Shown here piece after piece: positions 1 through 9,845 of a stretch of DNA of 32,000 bases (the stretch's first letter is position 1; each line of letters begins with the position of its first letter). The notes under the pieces were generated by a model that did no database searches, was not told the origin of the DNA, and saw only the letters and a program-made list of their open reading frames with translations. A program made the translations under genes and the position numbers. The stretch is taken from assembly GCF_000189295.2 (NCBI RefSeq), contig NC_016803.1:1380001-1412000 (forward strand), in the 5' to 3' direction. Origin of the DNA: Pseudodesulfovibrio mercurii (GTDB lineage Bacteria > Desulfobacterota > Desulfovibrionia > Desulfovibrionales > Desulfovibrionaceae).

Positions 1-1667
1 GCAACTTCGGCATCGACATCAACTTCAACGCCAAGTCCCGCAACCTCGGCTACAGCTGCTGGGCCACCATCGGCAACCAGATGGACATGCGCTTCCACGA
101 CTTCGTTGAGTACATCGAGGAAGACGAAAACACCAAGGTGCTCCTCCTTTACATGGAGGGCCTGCGGGTCGAAAGCGAGGAAGACGGACGGAAATTCCTG
201 GAAGCGGCCAAAAAAACGGCCGCCAGGGTGCCCATCGCCGCCATCAAGATCGGCCGCAGCGCCGCCGGCGCCCGCGCCGCCGCTTCGCATACCGGCTCCC
301 TCGCTGGCAGTGAAAAGATTTTCGACGCGGCCCTCCGACAGGCGGGCATCATCCGGGTGGACAGCCCGGGCGAGCTCCTGGACGCCGCCGAGGCCTTCTC
401 CAAGTGCAAGCCCGCCAGCGGCAAGCGCATCGCCATCCTGACCGACGGCGGCGGGCACGGTGTCATGGCCACGGATTTTGCCGAAAAGTACGGGCTTGAG
501 GCGCCGGTCCTTTCGGACGCCACCCAGGCCAAGCTGCGGGAAATCCTCATGCCCCACTGCCCGATCAAGAACCCCGTCGACCTGGCCGGTACACCCGAGG
601 CGGACATGTGGGTGTTCGACCGCTGCCTGGACGTCCTCATGAAGGATCCGGACGTCGACGGCATCGTCATCGTGGGCCTCTACGGCGGCTACGCCGACCT
701 CTCCGAAGAGTTCCGGGTCCTGGAGATGGACGTGGCCAAGAGCATGGTGGAAAAGATCAACGCGGGCGACAAGCCGGTGGTCATGCATTCCATCTATCAG
801 CCCCAGCACCCTGAATGCCTTGACTATATCAGCGAACACGGCGTTCCCGTCTTCGGCGGCGTCGATGCGGCGGTCAAGACAATGGGCGTCCTCTCGACCT
901 ACAGCGAGCTGAAAAAGGCCCTGCGGAAAGAGTCCGGCAACGAACTGCCGAGCATGCCCGCCGACCGCAAGGAAAGGGCCTCAGCCATCCTCGACGCCGT
1001 CAAGGCGGCGGGCCGCAAGAACCTCGTCGAGACCGAGGCACGCCACGTGCTGCGCTGCTACGGGCTCGACATCGCGGACGACTACCTGGCCACCACGGCC
1101 GACGAGGCCGCGGCCTTCTACAAGAAGATCGGCGGCAAGGTCGTCATGAAGATCGTATCGCCCGACATCCTGCACAAGACCGATGCCGGCGGCGTCGCGC
1201 TGAACATCGACTCCGAAGCCAAGGCGCGGAGCGCCTTCGAACAGTTGGTGAAAAACGGACGCACATACAAGGCCGGAGCCGACATCTTCGGCGTCATGCT
1301 GACCCCCATGCTCCCCGGCGGCGTCGAGTGCATCATCGGTTCGAGCCACGACAACACCTTCGGGCCGACCGTCATGTTCGGCCTGGGCGGCATATTCGTG
1401 GAGATACTCAAGGACGTGGCCTTCCGTGTGGCCCCGGTCAACATGCCCGCCTGCCGCAGCATGATCCGGGAGATCAAGGGACTGGGCATGCTCCAGGGCG
1501 CCCGCGGGAGCAAGGCGTGCGACCTGGAGGCCCTGGCGGAAGCGGCCTGCATCATCTCGCAACTCGTATCGGAGTTGCGCGAGATCGCGGAAGTCGATCT
1601 CAACCCGGTCTTTGCGTTGGAAAAAGGCCTGTCCATCGCCGACGCAAGAATCATTTTGCACGGGTAA
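1..1667 (+). CDS. ADP-forming acetyl-/acyl-CoA synthetase family protein (5' end cut by window edge)
   Basis: Frame 3 is open from nt 3 (NFGIDINFNAKS...), so the track Met at 81 is internal. The product has a succinyl-CoA-synthetase-like region with the phosphohistidine-loop motif AASHTGSLAGS, followed by a C-terminal ATP-grasp region (KIVSPDILHKTDAGGV). This is the layout of NDP-forming acetate--CoA ligases. GC3 is high. Confidence 0.85.
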   Translation, partial: NFGIDINFNAKSRNLGYSCWATIGNQMDMRFHDFVEYIEEDENTKVLLLYMEGLRVESEEDGRKFLEAAKKTAARVPIAAIKIGRSAAGARAAASHTGSLAGSEKIFDAALRQAGIIRVDSPGELLDAAEAFSKCKPASGKRIAILTDGGGHGVMATDFAEKYGLEAPVLSDATQAKLREILMPHCPIKNPVDLAGTPEADMWVFDRCLDVLMKDPDVDGIVIVGLYGGYADLSEEFRVLEMDVAKSMVEKINAGDKPVVMHSIYQPQHPECLDYISEHGVPVFGGVDAAVKTMGVLSTYSELKKALRKESGNELPSMPADRKERASAILDAVKAAGRKNLVETEARHVLRCYGLDIADDYLATTADEAAAFYKKIGGKVVMKIVSPDILHKTDAGGVALNIDSEAKARSAFEQLVKNGRTYKAGADIFGVMLTPMLPGGVECIIGSSHDNTFGPTVMFGLGGIFVEILKDVAFRVAPVNMPACRSMIREIKGLGMLQGARGSKACDLEALAEAACIISQLVSELREIAEVDLNPVFALEKGLSIADARIILHG

Positions 1668-1705
1668 CAAACACCATATAAACTTCATATACAAAGGGTC
1701 GGATC

Positions 1706-3031
1706 ATGAAAGACGTAAAGCGTTTTCCCACAACGACAGGGCAGAGCTGGCTGGAAATGTCCGGGTACAAGTTCCACCAGTTCAAGGACCATTCCGAAAT
1801 CCGTGACGTGTACGACTATATCGTCATAGGCGCCGGATACGGCGGTCAGGGGGCCGCCAGGCACCTGGCCGAGCTCCATCCCGATGCCAAGATCGCCGTC
1901 TTCGAAGCCATCAAGATCGGCGACAACGACAGCGGCAAGAACGCCGGATTCATCATCGACGTGCCCCACGACTTCGGCGACCAGGGCGCCTCCTCCTTCG
2001 AGGAAAACCAGAAGTACTTCCAGCTCAACACCTTCATCATCAAGTGGATGGAGGACACGATCAAGGAAAAGGGCATCGAGGACGTGGATTGGGACCACTG
2101 CGGCAAGTACCTGTGCTGCGCCGAGACCAAGAGCTTCAAGCTCATCGACCACGAGATCGAAGAGCTCAAGCGCATGAACTGCAACTACGAGGTGGTCGAG
2201 GGCGACGAGCTCTACCGACGCACCGGCACGCGATACTACAAGAAGGCCCTATACACGGGCGGCACCGTGCTCATCAATCCCGCGGACGTGCTGCGCGGGC
2301 TCTTCAGCGTCATGCCGGAAGGCGTCGACGTCTTCGAGGAATGCCCGGTCATGCGCATCGACGAGGGCAGCCCGTGCAGCATCGTTCTCAGGAACGGCAA
2401 GCGGATCAAGAGCAAGTTCGTCCTGGTGACGGGCGGCCCCTTCATCCCCGAGTTCGGCATCGGCAAGAAGGTGTTCTGTCCCGTGCTCTCCTACGGGGCG
2501 TTCACCCGCCAGTTCACGGAGGAGGAAATGCGGCATATGGCCGGGGTCAAGCCCTGGGGCTGCACTGCCGGGCATCCGGCAGGCACGACCGTCCGCTTCA
2601 CCCGCGACAATCGCGTCTTCGTGCGCAACGGCTTTTCCTTCGCCACTCACCTCACGACCTCGCACCAGCGCATTCAGCGGGCCATTCCCAAGCTGCGGAA
2701 GGCCTATGAAAACCGCTTCCCGGAACTCAAGCACGTCAACTTCGAATTCGTCTACGGCGGCATGATCAACATGACCATGAACTACCGTCCCCTGATGATG
2801 CAGCAGCATCCCTCCGTGTTCGCGTCGGCCAGCGGCGAGGGGGCGGGCGTCGCCAAGACCAGCCTCCTCGGATACTACCTGGCGGAATGGGTCAGCGGCA
2901 TCAACAGCCAGAACCTCGACTTCCTCAGAAAGATCTCCACGCCCAAAAGACTGCCTCCCGAACCCTTCCTGAGCATGGGGGCCAAGGCCCGGCTCATGTT
3001 TGAAGAGTTCAACGCAAAGACGGAAATCTAA
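1706..3031 (+). CDS. FAD-dependent oxidoreductase (DAO/amine-oxidoreductase-like)
   Basis: 441-aa ORF with an N-terminal dinucleotide-binding fold, YDYIVIGAGYGGQGAARHLA (GxGxxG). It starts 39 nt after the upstream stop. Substrate cannot be read from the sequence. Confidence 0.8.
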   Translation: MKDVKRFPTTTGQSWLEMSGYKFHQFKDHSEIRDVYDYIVIGAGYGGQGAARHLAELHPDAKIAVFEAIKIGDNDSGKNAGFIIDVPHDFGDQGASSFEENQKYFQLNTFIIKWMEDTIKEKGIEDVDWDHCGKYLCCAETKSFKLIDHEIEELKRMNCNYEVVEGDELYRRTGTRYYKKALYTGGTVLINPADVLRGLFSVMPEGVDVFEECPVMRIDEGSPCSIVLRNGKRIKSKFVLVTGGPFIPEFGIGKKVFCPVLSYGAFTRQFTEEEMRHMAGVKPWGCTAGHPAGTTVRFTRDNRVFVRNGFSFATHLTTSHQRIQRAIPKLRKAYENRFPELKHVNFEFVYGGMINMTMNYRPLMMQQHPSVFASASGEGAGVAKTSLLGYYLAEWVSGINSQNLDFLRKISTPKRLPPEPFLSMGAKARLMFEEFNAKTEI

Positions 3032-3124
3032 CCCCACCCTAGCGCACTCCTGCAAAAGGAAAGGATGCCGAGAAGCCCCTCCGGCATCCTTTCCGCAGGA
3101 GTCAAACGCCCAAAGGAGTTTGAC

Positions 3125-3502
3125 ATGGAATTCATTAATTCGCCGGAATGTTCTGAAGTCATAGGCCCTTACAGCCATTGTGTGAAGGCCGGAAACACCT
3201 ACTACATCTGCGGACAGGTTCCCTTCCACCCCGTCTCGGGACAGGTCGTGGGCGCCACGATCAAGGAGCAGGCCTTCCAGACCCTGTTCAACCTCAAGCT
3301 GGTCCTGGACGCTGCGGGCCTCGATATCACCGACATCGCCAAGACCACCGTTTTCCTGACCAGCATGGACGATTTCAACGACTTCAACGAGGTCTACGCC
3401 GAGTTCATGGGGGACCACCGCCCGGCGCGTCTCTGCCTCGGAGCCAGCGAGATCGCCCACGGCTGCCTGCTGGAAATGGATGCGGTCGCCTACAAGGAAT
3501 AA
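3125..3502 (+). CDS. RidA/YjgF/UK114-family reactive-intermediate (enamine/imine) deaminase
   Basis: Chosen start is ATG 3125, preceded by AAAGGAG at 3112-3118. The track start 3065 adds 20 residues without an SD. The product (125 aa) carries IGPYSHCVKAGNTYYICGQVPF and the C-terminal CLLEMDAVA pattern typical of RidA proteins. Confidence 0.85.
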   Translation: MEFINSPECSEVIGPYSHCVKAGNTYYICGQVPFHPVSGQVVGATIKEQAFQTLFNLKLVLDAAGLDITDIAKTTVFLTSMDDFNDFNEVYAEFMGDHRPARLCLGASEIAHGCLLEMDAVAYKE

Positions 3503-3566
3503 CTGCCAAACGCGTTGTGGCCTTTCAACTTTTCAACAAACTCCAGCCCTTACTGTGAGGTGTACG

Positions 3567-4916
3567 ATGGTGCCTAATGGACAGAGAGGTATTAATTTTG
3601 ACCATGCCCCGTTCTCGCCCGTGCATAGAAAAATCGCGATCGGGACCTTTATGGGCCAGATCTGTGACGGCTATATACTGGGTATTGTCGGCATTGCCCT
3701 GACCTATGCCACGGGAGCCCTCGGACTGGACGGCTTCTGGATGGGACTGATCGGAGCGGGCGCGCTCTTCGGCATCCTGCTCGGCAGCCTGCTCGGCGGA
3801 ATCGTCATCGACCGGGTAGGCAGAAAGACCGCCTATTCCTTTGTCGCGATCTTCAGCCTGGCCCTGTCCGTTCTGCAGTTCTTCTTGTCCGATCCCACAA
3901 CCCTGGTGGCGGTACGCTTCCTGCTGGGCATGTGCGTGGGCGCGGACTACACGGTCGGCGTGGCCCTGCTCAGCGAATGGACCCCGGAACGGATTCGGAC
4001 CAAAATGATGAGCTGGCTCATGGCCGCCTGGACCTTCGGCTACATCATCTCCTACTTCGCCGGGCTGCTCATCGCTTCCAAGGGCGGCGACATGGGGGAA
4101 AGCGGCTGGCGGTGGATCATCTCCTCCTCCGCAGTGCTCGCCCTGCTCACCCTGATCGTCCGCGTCGGTTCCCCGGAATCCCCGAGCTGGACCCTGGCCA
4201 AGAAGGGCTCCCGTGCGGCCCTCGACCTTATCCACCGTCATCTCGGCACGAACTACGACCTGCCGGAAAAGAAGGAAGAGAAGCCTTCCGCCTCGTTCTT
4301 CCGCCTCTTCAGCCCCGCGCTGTGGCGCAACACCATCACCTCCTGCACCTTCTTCCTCTGCCAGGTCCTGCCCTTCTTCGCCATCTCCATCTTCCTTCCC
4401 GTGGTCGTCAAGGGACTGCACATCGCCAATCCCCACGCCTCGGGAATGATGTATAACGGTTTCACCATGGTCGGCGTCATCATCGGCATCCTGATCGCCG
4501 ACGTCATCTCCCGCCGTGCGTTCCTGCTGTGGACCTTCTACGGAGCAGCGGCCATTCTGACCGTCATGACCGTCTGGCAGAACATGCCGCCCACCCTCGC
4601 GCTGGTTCTGCTGGGCGCCTTCTCCACCGTGCTGGCCATCTCCATCGTGGCTGAGTGGCTGTATCCGCCCGAGCTCTTCCCCACCGAGCTCAGGGGTTCC
4701 GGCGTCGGTCTGACCATCGCCGCCAGCCGCATCGGCGCAGGCATGGGCACCTGGATGCTGCCGGTCGTCATGGAACAGTACGGCGTCACCGTCACCCTGG
4801 GCTGCTGCATCGCCACCCTGGTCATCGGCGGCCTCGTCTGCCAGGTCCTGGCGCCCGAGACTTCGCCCAGGTTCATGAAATCCCGTTCCGAAGCAACACC
4901 CGCAACCTCCGTCTAG
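3567..4916 (+). CDS. MFS transporter, sugar-porter/metabolite:H+ symporter-like
   Basis: Start ATG 3567 follows GTGAGG. The track start 3480 overlaps the RidA gene and adds non-membrane residues. About 12 hydrophobic spans. MFS signatures DRVGRK (loop 2-3), PESPSW, and PPELFPTELRGSGVG. Confidence 0.85.
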   Translation: MVPNGQRGINFDHAPFSPVHRKIAIGTFMGQICDGYILGIVGIALTYATGALGLDGFWMGLIGAGALFGILLGSLLGGIVIDRVGRKTAYSFVAIFSLALSVLQFFLSDPTTLVAVRFLLGMCVGADYTVGVALLSEWTPERIRTKMMSWLMAAWTFGYIISYFAGLLIASKGGDMGESGWRWIISSSAVLALLTLIVRVGSPESPSWTLAKKGSRAALDLIHRHLGTNYDLPEKKEEKPSASFFRLFSPALWRNTITSCTFFLCQVLPFFAISIFLPVVVKGLHIANPHASGMMYNGFTMVGVIIGILIADVISRRAFLLWTFYGAAAILTVMTVWQNMPPTLALVLLGAFSTVLAISIVAEWLYPPELFPTELRGSGVGLTIAASRIGAGMGTWMLPVVMEQYGVTVTLGCCIATLVIGGLVCQVLAPETSPRFMKSRSEATPATSV

Positions 4917-4958
4917 CATGCCGGCCACCCCTTAACCCCGGCATGACCCGACCTCATG

Positions 4959-5000
4959 ATGTCCCCCGGCTCGCCTCCTTCCGGGGGACATCAACTTTTT
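4959..5000 (+). terminator. Rho-independent terminator after the MFS gene
   Basis: 11-bp perfect stem ATGTCCCCCGG (4959-4969) / CCGGGGGACAT (4981-4991) with an 11-nt loop, then CAAC and TTTTT (4996-5000). A second hairpin CATGCCGG/CCGGCATG lies at 4917-4945. Confidence 0.6.
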
Positions 5001-5015
5001 ACGGAGTCACGACCC

Positions 5016-5909
5016 ATGTCCACCCGGACCCTGCACCTGTCCGCCTCCTCCTCCGGCTACGGCTTCACCGTACTGGCCGCCTTCAGCTGGTCCCTGATGA
5101 CCCTGTTCGCAAAGGCCATGCTCGCGGCGGGGCTGTCCCCCATGGAAATCTCGTTCTGGCGGGCGGCCATCGGCGGCCTCTTCTTCATCGCCTCCGCCGC
5201 TTCCCTCCGCGCCTTGCGGATTCCTCCCGCCCGGGCGCTGCTGTTCATCCTCTGGGGAATGCTGAGCATCGCCGGACTGTTCCTCGTCTTTCTGCTGTCC
5301 ATCCAGTACAGCGGCGCGGCCATGGGGGAAATTCTGCTCTACACGGCTCCGGTATGGGTGGCGGTCTTCTCCAGGTACATCTCGCACGAGGAGGTCTCCA
5401 ACCGTAAATGGCTCGCCATCGTCATGGCCCTTTGCGGCGTGATCTTCATCTGTTTTTCCGGCGGCAGCATCCGGGGCGAGGTCTCCCCGGTCGGCATTCT
5501 CTGCGGCCTGGCCTCCGGACTGTGCTACGCCCTCCAGTACCCGTTCTTCAAACACTGGCAGAAACATTACCGAACCGAAACGATATACGCCTACATGGAA
5601 ATGGGCGGCGTCCTGGCCATGCTGCCCTTCGTCCACTTCCACACCGCCTACACCCCGCAAACGTGGTCGATGGTCGTGCTCATGGCGTTCTTCACGGGCT
5701 ACCTCGCGTTCTGGGCATACGGCCAGGGGTTGAAACGGCTGCCGCAGGTGCACGTGGCCGTGCTCTGCAACCTGGAGCCGATCCTGGGCACGGTCTGGGC
5801 CTGCCGCTTCTTTGACGAGAACTTCTCCCCGGCGGGCTGGGCCGGGTTCTCCCTCATCCTCCTCGGCGTCCTGATATTGGCCACGGAGCGGCCCCGACAT
5901 GCCGGGTAG
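5016..5909 (+). CDS. EamA/DMT-family (drug/metabolite) transporter
   Basis: 10-TM-like hydrophobic protein of 297 aa with duplicated EamA-type halves. Start ATG 5016 has ACGGAG 9 nt upstream. The track start 4956 sits inside the terminator hairpin, so it was not used. Confidence 0.8.
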   Translation: MSTRTLHLSASSSGYGFTVLAAFSWSLMTLFAKAMLAAGLSPMEISFWRAAIGGLFFIASAASLRALRIPPARALLFILWGMLSIAGLFLVFLLSIQYSGAAMGEILLYTAPVWVAVFSRYISHEEVSNRKWLAIVMALCGVIFICFSGGSIRGEVSPVGILCGLASGLCYALQYPFFKHWQKHYRTETIYAYMEMGGVLAMLPFVHFHTAYTPQTWSMVVLMAFFTGYLAFWAYGQGLKRLPQVHVAVLCNLEPILGTVWACRFFDENFSPAGWAGFSLILLGVLILATERPRHAG

Positions 5910-7023
5910 CATCTGGATCAATTGCAGCGAGGCGTCCGGCGACATGTACGCCGGAGCCCTGGCGGGCGAACTGCTCAGGCTCGACCCCCAACTCGAAATC
6001 GGCGGTCTGGGCGGGCGAATGCTGGAGCGCGGCGGGGCCAAGGTGCACTTCCCCATGGCCCGCCTGTGCTTTGCCGGATTCATCGACGTGCTGCGCGGCC
6101 TGCCCGGCATCTTCCGCCTGCACCGCGAGATCGTGCGGGCATGGAAACGGCATCGCCCCGACGTGGTCGTCATGATCGACTGCCCGGATTTCAACCTGCC
6201 GCTGGCCAAGGCCGCCCACGCCATGGGCATCCCGGTTCTCTACTTCATCGCCCCGCAGTTCTGGGCCTGGAAGCAGCAGGGGCTGAAGACCCTGCGACGC
6301 TGCGTGCGCAGCACGCTCTGCGCCCTGCCCTTCGAGCCGACCTTCCTCCGCGACCGGGGTTGCCGGTCGCTGTATGCGGGCCACCCCCTCCTGGACATGA
6401 TCCCCCTGCAAAGTCTGGATCGCGTCCAGGTCGATCAGTACCAGGTGGGCATCATGCCGGGGAGCCGGAAAAAGGAGATCGCCTTCCTCCTCCCCGCATT
6501 CGGAGAGGCGGCGGCGCGCATCCACCGCGAAATGCCCTGGATCTCCTTTTCAATCGCCAGAGCCCCGGGCATCGGCCGACGCTATGTGCGCCGGTTCTGG
6601 CCGGACGGCGTTCCCGCCGTCATCGTGGAACCCGACGACCGGTTCGAGATGATACGGCGATCCGGCATGGTGCTGGCGGCGTCGGGAACGGCGACGCTCG
6701 AAACCGGCCTGATCGGGACCCCGACCATCGTCGCCTACAAGCTCGACCCCCCGGCGGCCTATCTCCTGCGCAGGCTAGCCACGTCGAAATGGATCAGCCT
6801 GACCAACATCCTGCTCCGCGAGGAGGTGTTCCCGGAATACCTCCAGGAGCGCGCCACGGCGGACAACTGCCACGCACAAATGGCGGCATGGCTGAACGAT
6901 CCCGACCAGCTGCCGCATATTCGCAACAAACTGCAAGCGCTACGCCGCGTCGCCGGTCCCACGGGCGGCATCCGGTTCGCGGCGGAAACGATTCTTGCCC
7001 AACGGAAAGGAGAACGGCAATGA
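5899..7023 (+). CDS. lpxB: Lipid-A-disaccharide synthase
   Basis: 374 aa. Motifs: SGDMYAG near the N-terminus, PDFNLPLAK, YFIAPQFWAWK, GSRKKEI, ASGTATLE. Length and order match LpxB. Overlaps the upstream gene by 11 nt. Confidence 0.85.
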   Translation: MPGSIWINCSEASGDMYAGALAGELLRLDPQLEIGGLGGRMLERGGAKVHFPMARLCFAGFIDVLRGLPGIFRLHREIVRAWKRHRPDVVVMIDCPDFNLPLAKAAHAMGIPVLYFIAPQFWAWKQQGLKTLRRCVRSTLCALPFEPTFLRDRGCRSLYAGHPLLDMIPLQSLDRVQVDQYQVGIMPGSRKKEIAFLLPAFGEAAARIHREMPWISFSIARAPGIGRRYVRRFWPDGVPAVIVEPDDRFEMIRRSGMVLAASGTATLETGLIGTPTIVAYKLDPPAAYLLRRLATSKWISLTNILLREEVFPEYLQERATADNCHAQMAAWLNDPDQLPHIRNKLQALRRVAGPTGGIRFAAETILAQRKGERQ

Positions 7024-7826
7024 ACATCGGCTTCATCGGAACGGGCAACATGGGCGGGGCCATCATCCGAAGGCTCAAGAGCGCGGAAGGCATCACCGTC
7101 TTCGGATTGAACCGGACCAGAAGCAAACTGGAGGCGCTGGCAAAGGAAACCGGGCTCATCCCGTGCGCCGACATACGGGAACTGACGGAGAAATCGGACA
7201 TAGTCGTCCTGGCCGTGAAGCCGCAGCACGCCGAGGCGCTGTGGTCCGAGACCATTCCGGCCTTGACAAAGGACAAGTGCCTGGTTTCCATTGCGGCGGG
7301 TCTGACCCAGGCGGACCTGCGGCGCGGCGTGGACGGCATCTGCCCCGTCGTCCGCACCATGCCCAACAGCCCGTCCCTGATCGGCGAGGGCGTCACCGCC
7401 GTGTGCTTCGACGACCCCGGCCTGACCGACCGGCAAAAAGAGGGCGTCCGTGCCATGTTTCAATACTCGGGAGACGTCCACGTCCTGCCGGAGCAGCTGT
7501 TCGACGTCTTTACCGCGGTGATCGGTTCGGGACCGGCGTTCATCTTCTACCTCATCGAAGCCATGATCGAGTCCGGGGTGGAATTGGGGCTGGAGCGGGA
7601 GAGCTCCTCCCGCATGGTCAAGAAACTGTTCCGGGGCGCGAGCCTCATGGCGGAACAATCGGACCGGCACATCGCCCTGCTCCGGGAAATGTCCGTGGCC
7701 CCGCGCGGGACGACCATCGCCGCCCTGGCCCATTTCGACCGCACCGCCGTGCGCGGGAACATCATGGATGCGATCCGGGTCGCCTTTGATCGCAGTGTGG
7801 AGATGGGCGGCGGCTCCATGTCCTAG
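7020..7826 (+). CDS. proC: Pyrroline-5-carboxylate reductase
   Basis: ATG 7020 overlaps the lpxB stop (ATGA). Product of 268 aa starts MNIGFIGTGNMGGAII (Rossmann fold) and has the C-terminal P5CR dimerisation motif VAPRGTTIAAL. Only the 3' third of the 634-aa track ORF 5922-7826 is real. Confidence 0.9.
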   Translation: MNIGFIGTGNMGGAIIRRLKSAEGITVFGLNRTRSKLEALAKETGLIPCADIRELTEKSDIVVLAVKPQHAEALWSETIPALTKDKCLVSIAAGLTQADLRRGVDGICPVVRTMPNSPSLIGEGVTAVCFDDPGLTDRQKEGVRAMFQYSGDVHVLPEQLFDVFTAVIGSGPAFIFYLIEAMIESGVELGLERESSSRMVKKLFRGASLMAEQSDRHIALLREMSVAPRGTTIAALAHFDRTAVRGNIMDAIRVAFDRSVEMGGGSMS

Positions 7827-7883
7827 ATCCACCGGCGAAGCGCCGGCAACAACCGCCCCGCGCCCCGGCGCAGGACAACGTGA

Positions 7884-8174
7884 ATGGATATGAAACAGGA
7901 TAAAAGAGGCAGGCAGGCCAACCGGGAAGCGCTCCTCTCCCTGGCCGTCTATGCCCTGTATTTCGCTTGGTGGTATGCCTGCGGCTACGGCCTGGGCTCG
8001 GGCGATCCCGAAACGTACGACTACGTCTTCGGGTTCCCCGCATGGTTCTTCTACAGCTGCATCGTGGGCTATCCGCTCATCACCCTGCTGCTCTGGGCGG
8101 TCATCCGGTTCCTCTTCAGAGACATCCCCCTGGACGCCGACGGAACGGCCCCGGAAGAGGGAGACAAGCCATGA
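7884..8174 (+). CDS. YhdT-like small membrane protein (DUF997), PanF partner
   Basis: 96 aa with two hydrophobic spans (LLSLAVYALYFAWWY, FFYSCIVGYPLITLLLWAVI). Its stop overlaps the symporter start (ATGA at 8171-8174), the usual yhdT-panF arrangement. Confidence 0.6.
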   Translation: MDMKQDKRGRQANREALLSLAVYALYFAWWYACGYGLGSGDPETYDYVFGFPAWFFYSCIVGYPLITLLLWAVIRFLFRDIPLDADGTAPEEGDKP

Positions 8175-9637
8175 ACGCCTCGATCCAGATCGTCATCCCC
8201 GTGATCGTGTACCTGGCGGCGTCCATCGGCATCGCCCTGTGGGCCCGCGGACGATCCGACGGCGCCACCTCGCAGGGGTTCATCGAGGAATACTTCCTCG
8301 GCAGCCGGTCCATGGGCGGCTTCGTGCTGGCCATGACCATCGTGGCCAGCTACGCCAGCGCCAGCAGCTTTGTCGGCGGCCCCGGCGTCGCCTACCGGCT
8401 GGGCCTCAGCTGGGTGCTGCTCGCCATGATCCAGGTCCCCACGGTCTTCCTCACCCTGGGCATCCTGGGAAAACGGTTCGCCATCGTGGCCCGTGAAACC
8501 CGTTCCGTGACGATCACGGACTACCTGCGCGCCCGGTACCGCAGCGACACCGTGGTCATCCTCTGCTCCCTGGCGCTGATCGTCTTCTTCATGACCGCCA
8601 TGCTGGCGCAGTTCATCGGCGGGGCCCGGCTCTTCCAGACCGTCACGGGCTACCCCTACGTCGTGGGGCTGGCCCTGTTCGGCCTCAGCGTGGTGCTCTA
8701 CACGGCCGTGGGCGGATTCCGCGCCGTGGTCATGACCGACGCCATCCAGGGACTCGTCATGACCACGGCCGTCGTGGTGGTGCTGCTGGCGGTCATCAAG
8801 GCGGGCGGCGGCGTGGCCCGGTGCGTCGCCACCCTGCGGGATATCGACCCCGGTCTGATCACGCCCACCGGACCGAACAACGCGGTGCCCCAGCCCTTCA
8901 CCCTCTCCTTCTGGGTGCTGGTCGGCATCGGCGTCCTGGGCCTGCCGCAGACCTCGCAACGGTGCATGGGCTACCGGGACTCCCGGGCCATGCACCAGGC
9001 CATGGTCGTCGGCACCCTGTTCATCGGCTTCATGATCCTGTGCGTCCACCTCGCCGGGGCCTTCGGTCGCGCGGTGTTCCCGGAGTTGCCCGCCGGCGAC
9101 CTGGCCATGCCCACCCTGATCGTCCAACTGCTCCCCCCGGTCTGGGCGGGTATCTTCATCGCCGGGCCCATGGCGGCCATCATGTCCACCGTGGACTCCA
9201 TGCTGCTGCTCGTCTCGGCGGCCATCATCAAGGACCTGTACATCCAGTTCAGGCTGCATGGCGACGCCTCGGCAATGCCCGTGGCCATGCTCAAGAAGGC
9301 GAGCTTCGCCATCACGGCGGTGGCGGGCCTGCTGGTGGTCATCGCGGCCATCGAGCCGCCGGACCTGCTGGTCTGGATCAACATCTTCGCCTTCGGCGGG
9401 CTGGAGGCGGCGTTCCTCTGCCCCATCGTGCTCGGGCTCTACTGGAAAAGGGGCAACGCGGCCGGGGCCATCACCTCCATCCTCGGCGGCGTGGGCGCCT
9501 ACATCATCCTGTCCCTGGCCAAGCCGGACATGGGCGGCATGCACGCCATCGTCCCCACCACCCTTGTCAGCGCGGCGGGCTATGTCGCCGGTTCATTACT
9601 GTTCCGGAGTAAGGAAAAGCATTCCACCGCATTATGA
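8171..9637 (+). CDS. panF: Sodium/pantothenate symporter (SSS family)
   Basis: 488 aa. Long stretches match E. coli PanF as I remember it: EYFLGSRSMGG, SASSFVGGPGVAY, WVLLAMIQVP, LGILGKRFAI, QFIGGARL, GPMAAIMST, IIKDLY, AFGGLEA. The coupled yhdT-like gene upstream supports the call. Confidence 0.8.
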   Translation: MNASIQIVIPVIVYLAASIGIALWARGRSDGATSQGFIEEYFLGSRSMGGFVLAMTIVASYASASSFVGGPGVAYRLGLSWVLLAMIQVPTVFLTLGILGKRFAIVARETRSVTITDYLRARYRSDTVVILCSLALIVFFMTAMLAQFIGGARLFQTVTGYPYVVGLALFGLSVVLYTAVGGFRAVVMTDAIQGLVMTTAVVVVLLAVIKAGGGVARCVATLRDIDPGLITPTGPNNAVPQPFTLSFWVLVGIGVLGLPQTSQRCMGYRDSRAMHQAMVVGTLFIGFMILCVHLAGAFGRAVFPELPAGDLAMPTLIVQLLPPVWAGIFIAGPMAAIMSTVDSMLLLVSAAIIKDLYIQFRLHGDASAMPVAMLKKASFAITAVAGLLVVIAAIEPPDLLVWINIFAFGGLEAAFLCPIVLGLYWKRGNAAGAITSILGGVGAYIILSLAKPDMGGMHAIVPTTLVSAAGYVAGSLLFRSKEKHSTAL

Positions 9638-9845
9638 ATGCCGGACATGACGGCCTGCGGTCTGCCTGATCGGCGAATCTCTTCATGGGCGGCATTCATT
9701 GAATCGAATGCTCCGCCGCTCGTTTTGCATCGGCTGCCGCCGCATGCGTCGAATGCGCCCTTTAGTCTCATTCCACGCCGCGCCCGACCATGTCGGATTC
9801 CTGCCAAGCTCTTCAACTGCGATACCGGGACAAACGAGACGTCAC

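Noticed and set aside
3065-5015. Longer N-terminal extensions offered by the ORF track (3065, 3480, 4956). The same applies at 7967, 11595, 12340, 12663, 13696, 14262, 20679, 20838 and 24747.
   Set aside because: The extensions overlap upstream genes or terminator hairpins, lack SD sequences, and add residues outside the recognisable domains. Internal starts with SD motifs and start/stop overlaps typical of operons were preferred.
5922-7826. 634-aa + strand ORF that would fuse an Arg/Pro-rich N-terminus to ProC.
   Set aside because: The first 366 codons are an alternative frame of lpxB with an Arg/Pro/Gly-biased composition. The ProC homology begins exactly at ATG 7020, which overlaps the lpxB stop.
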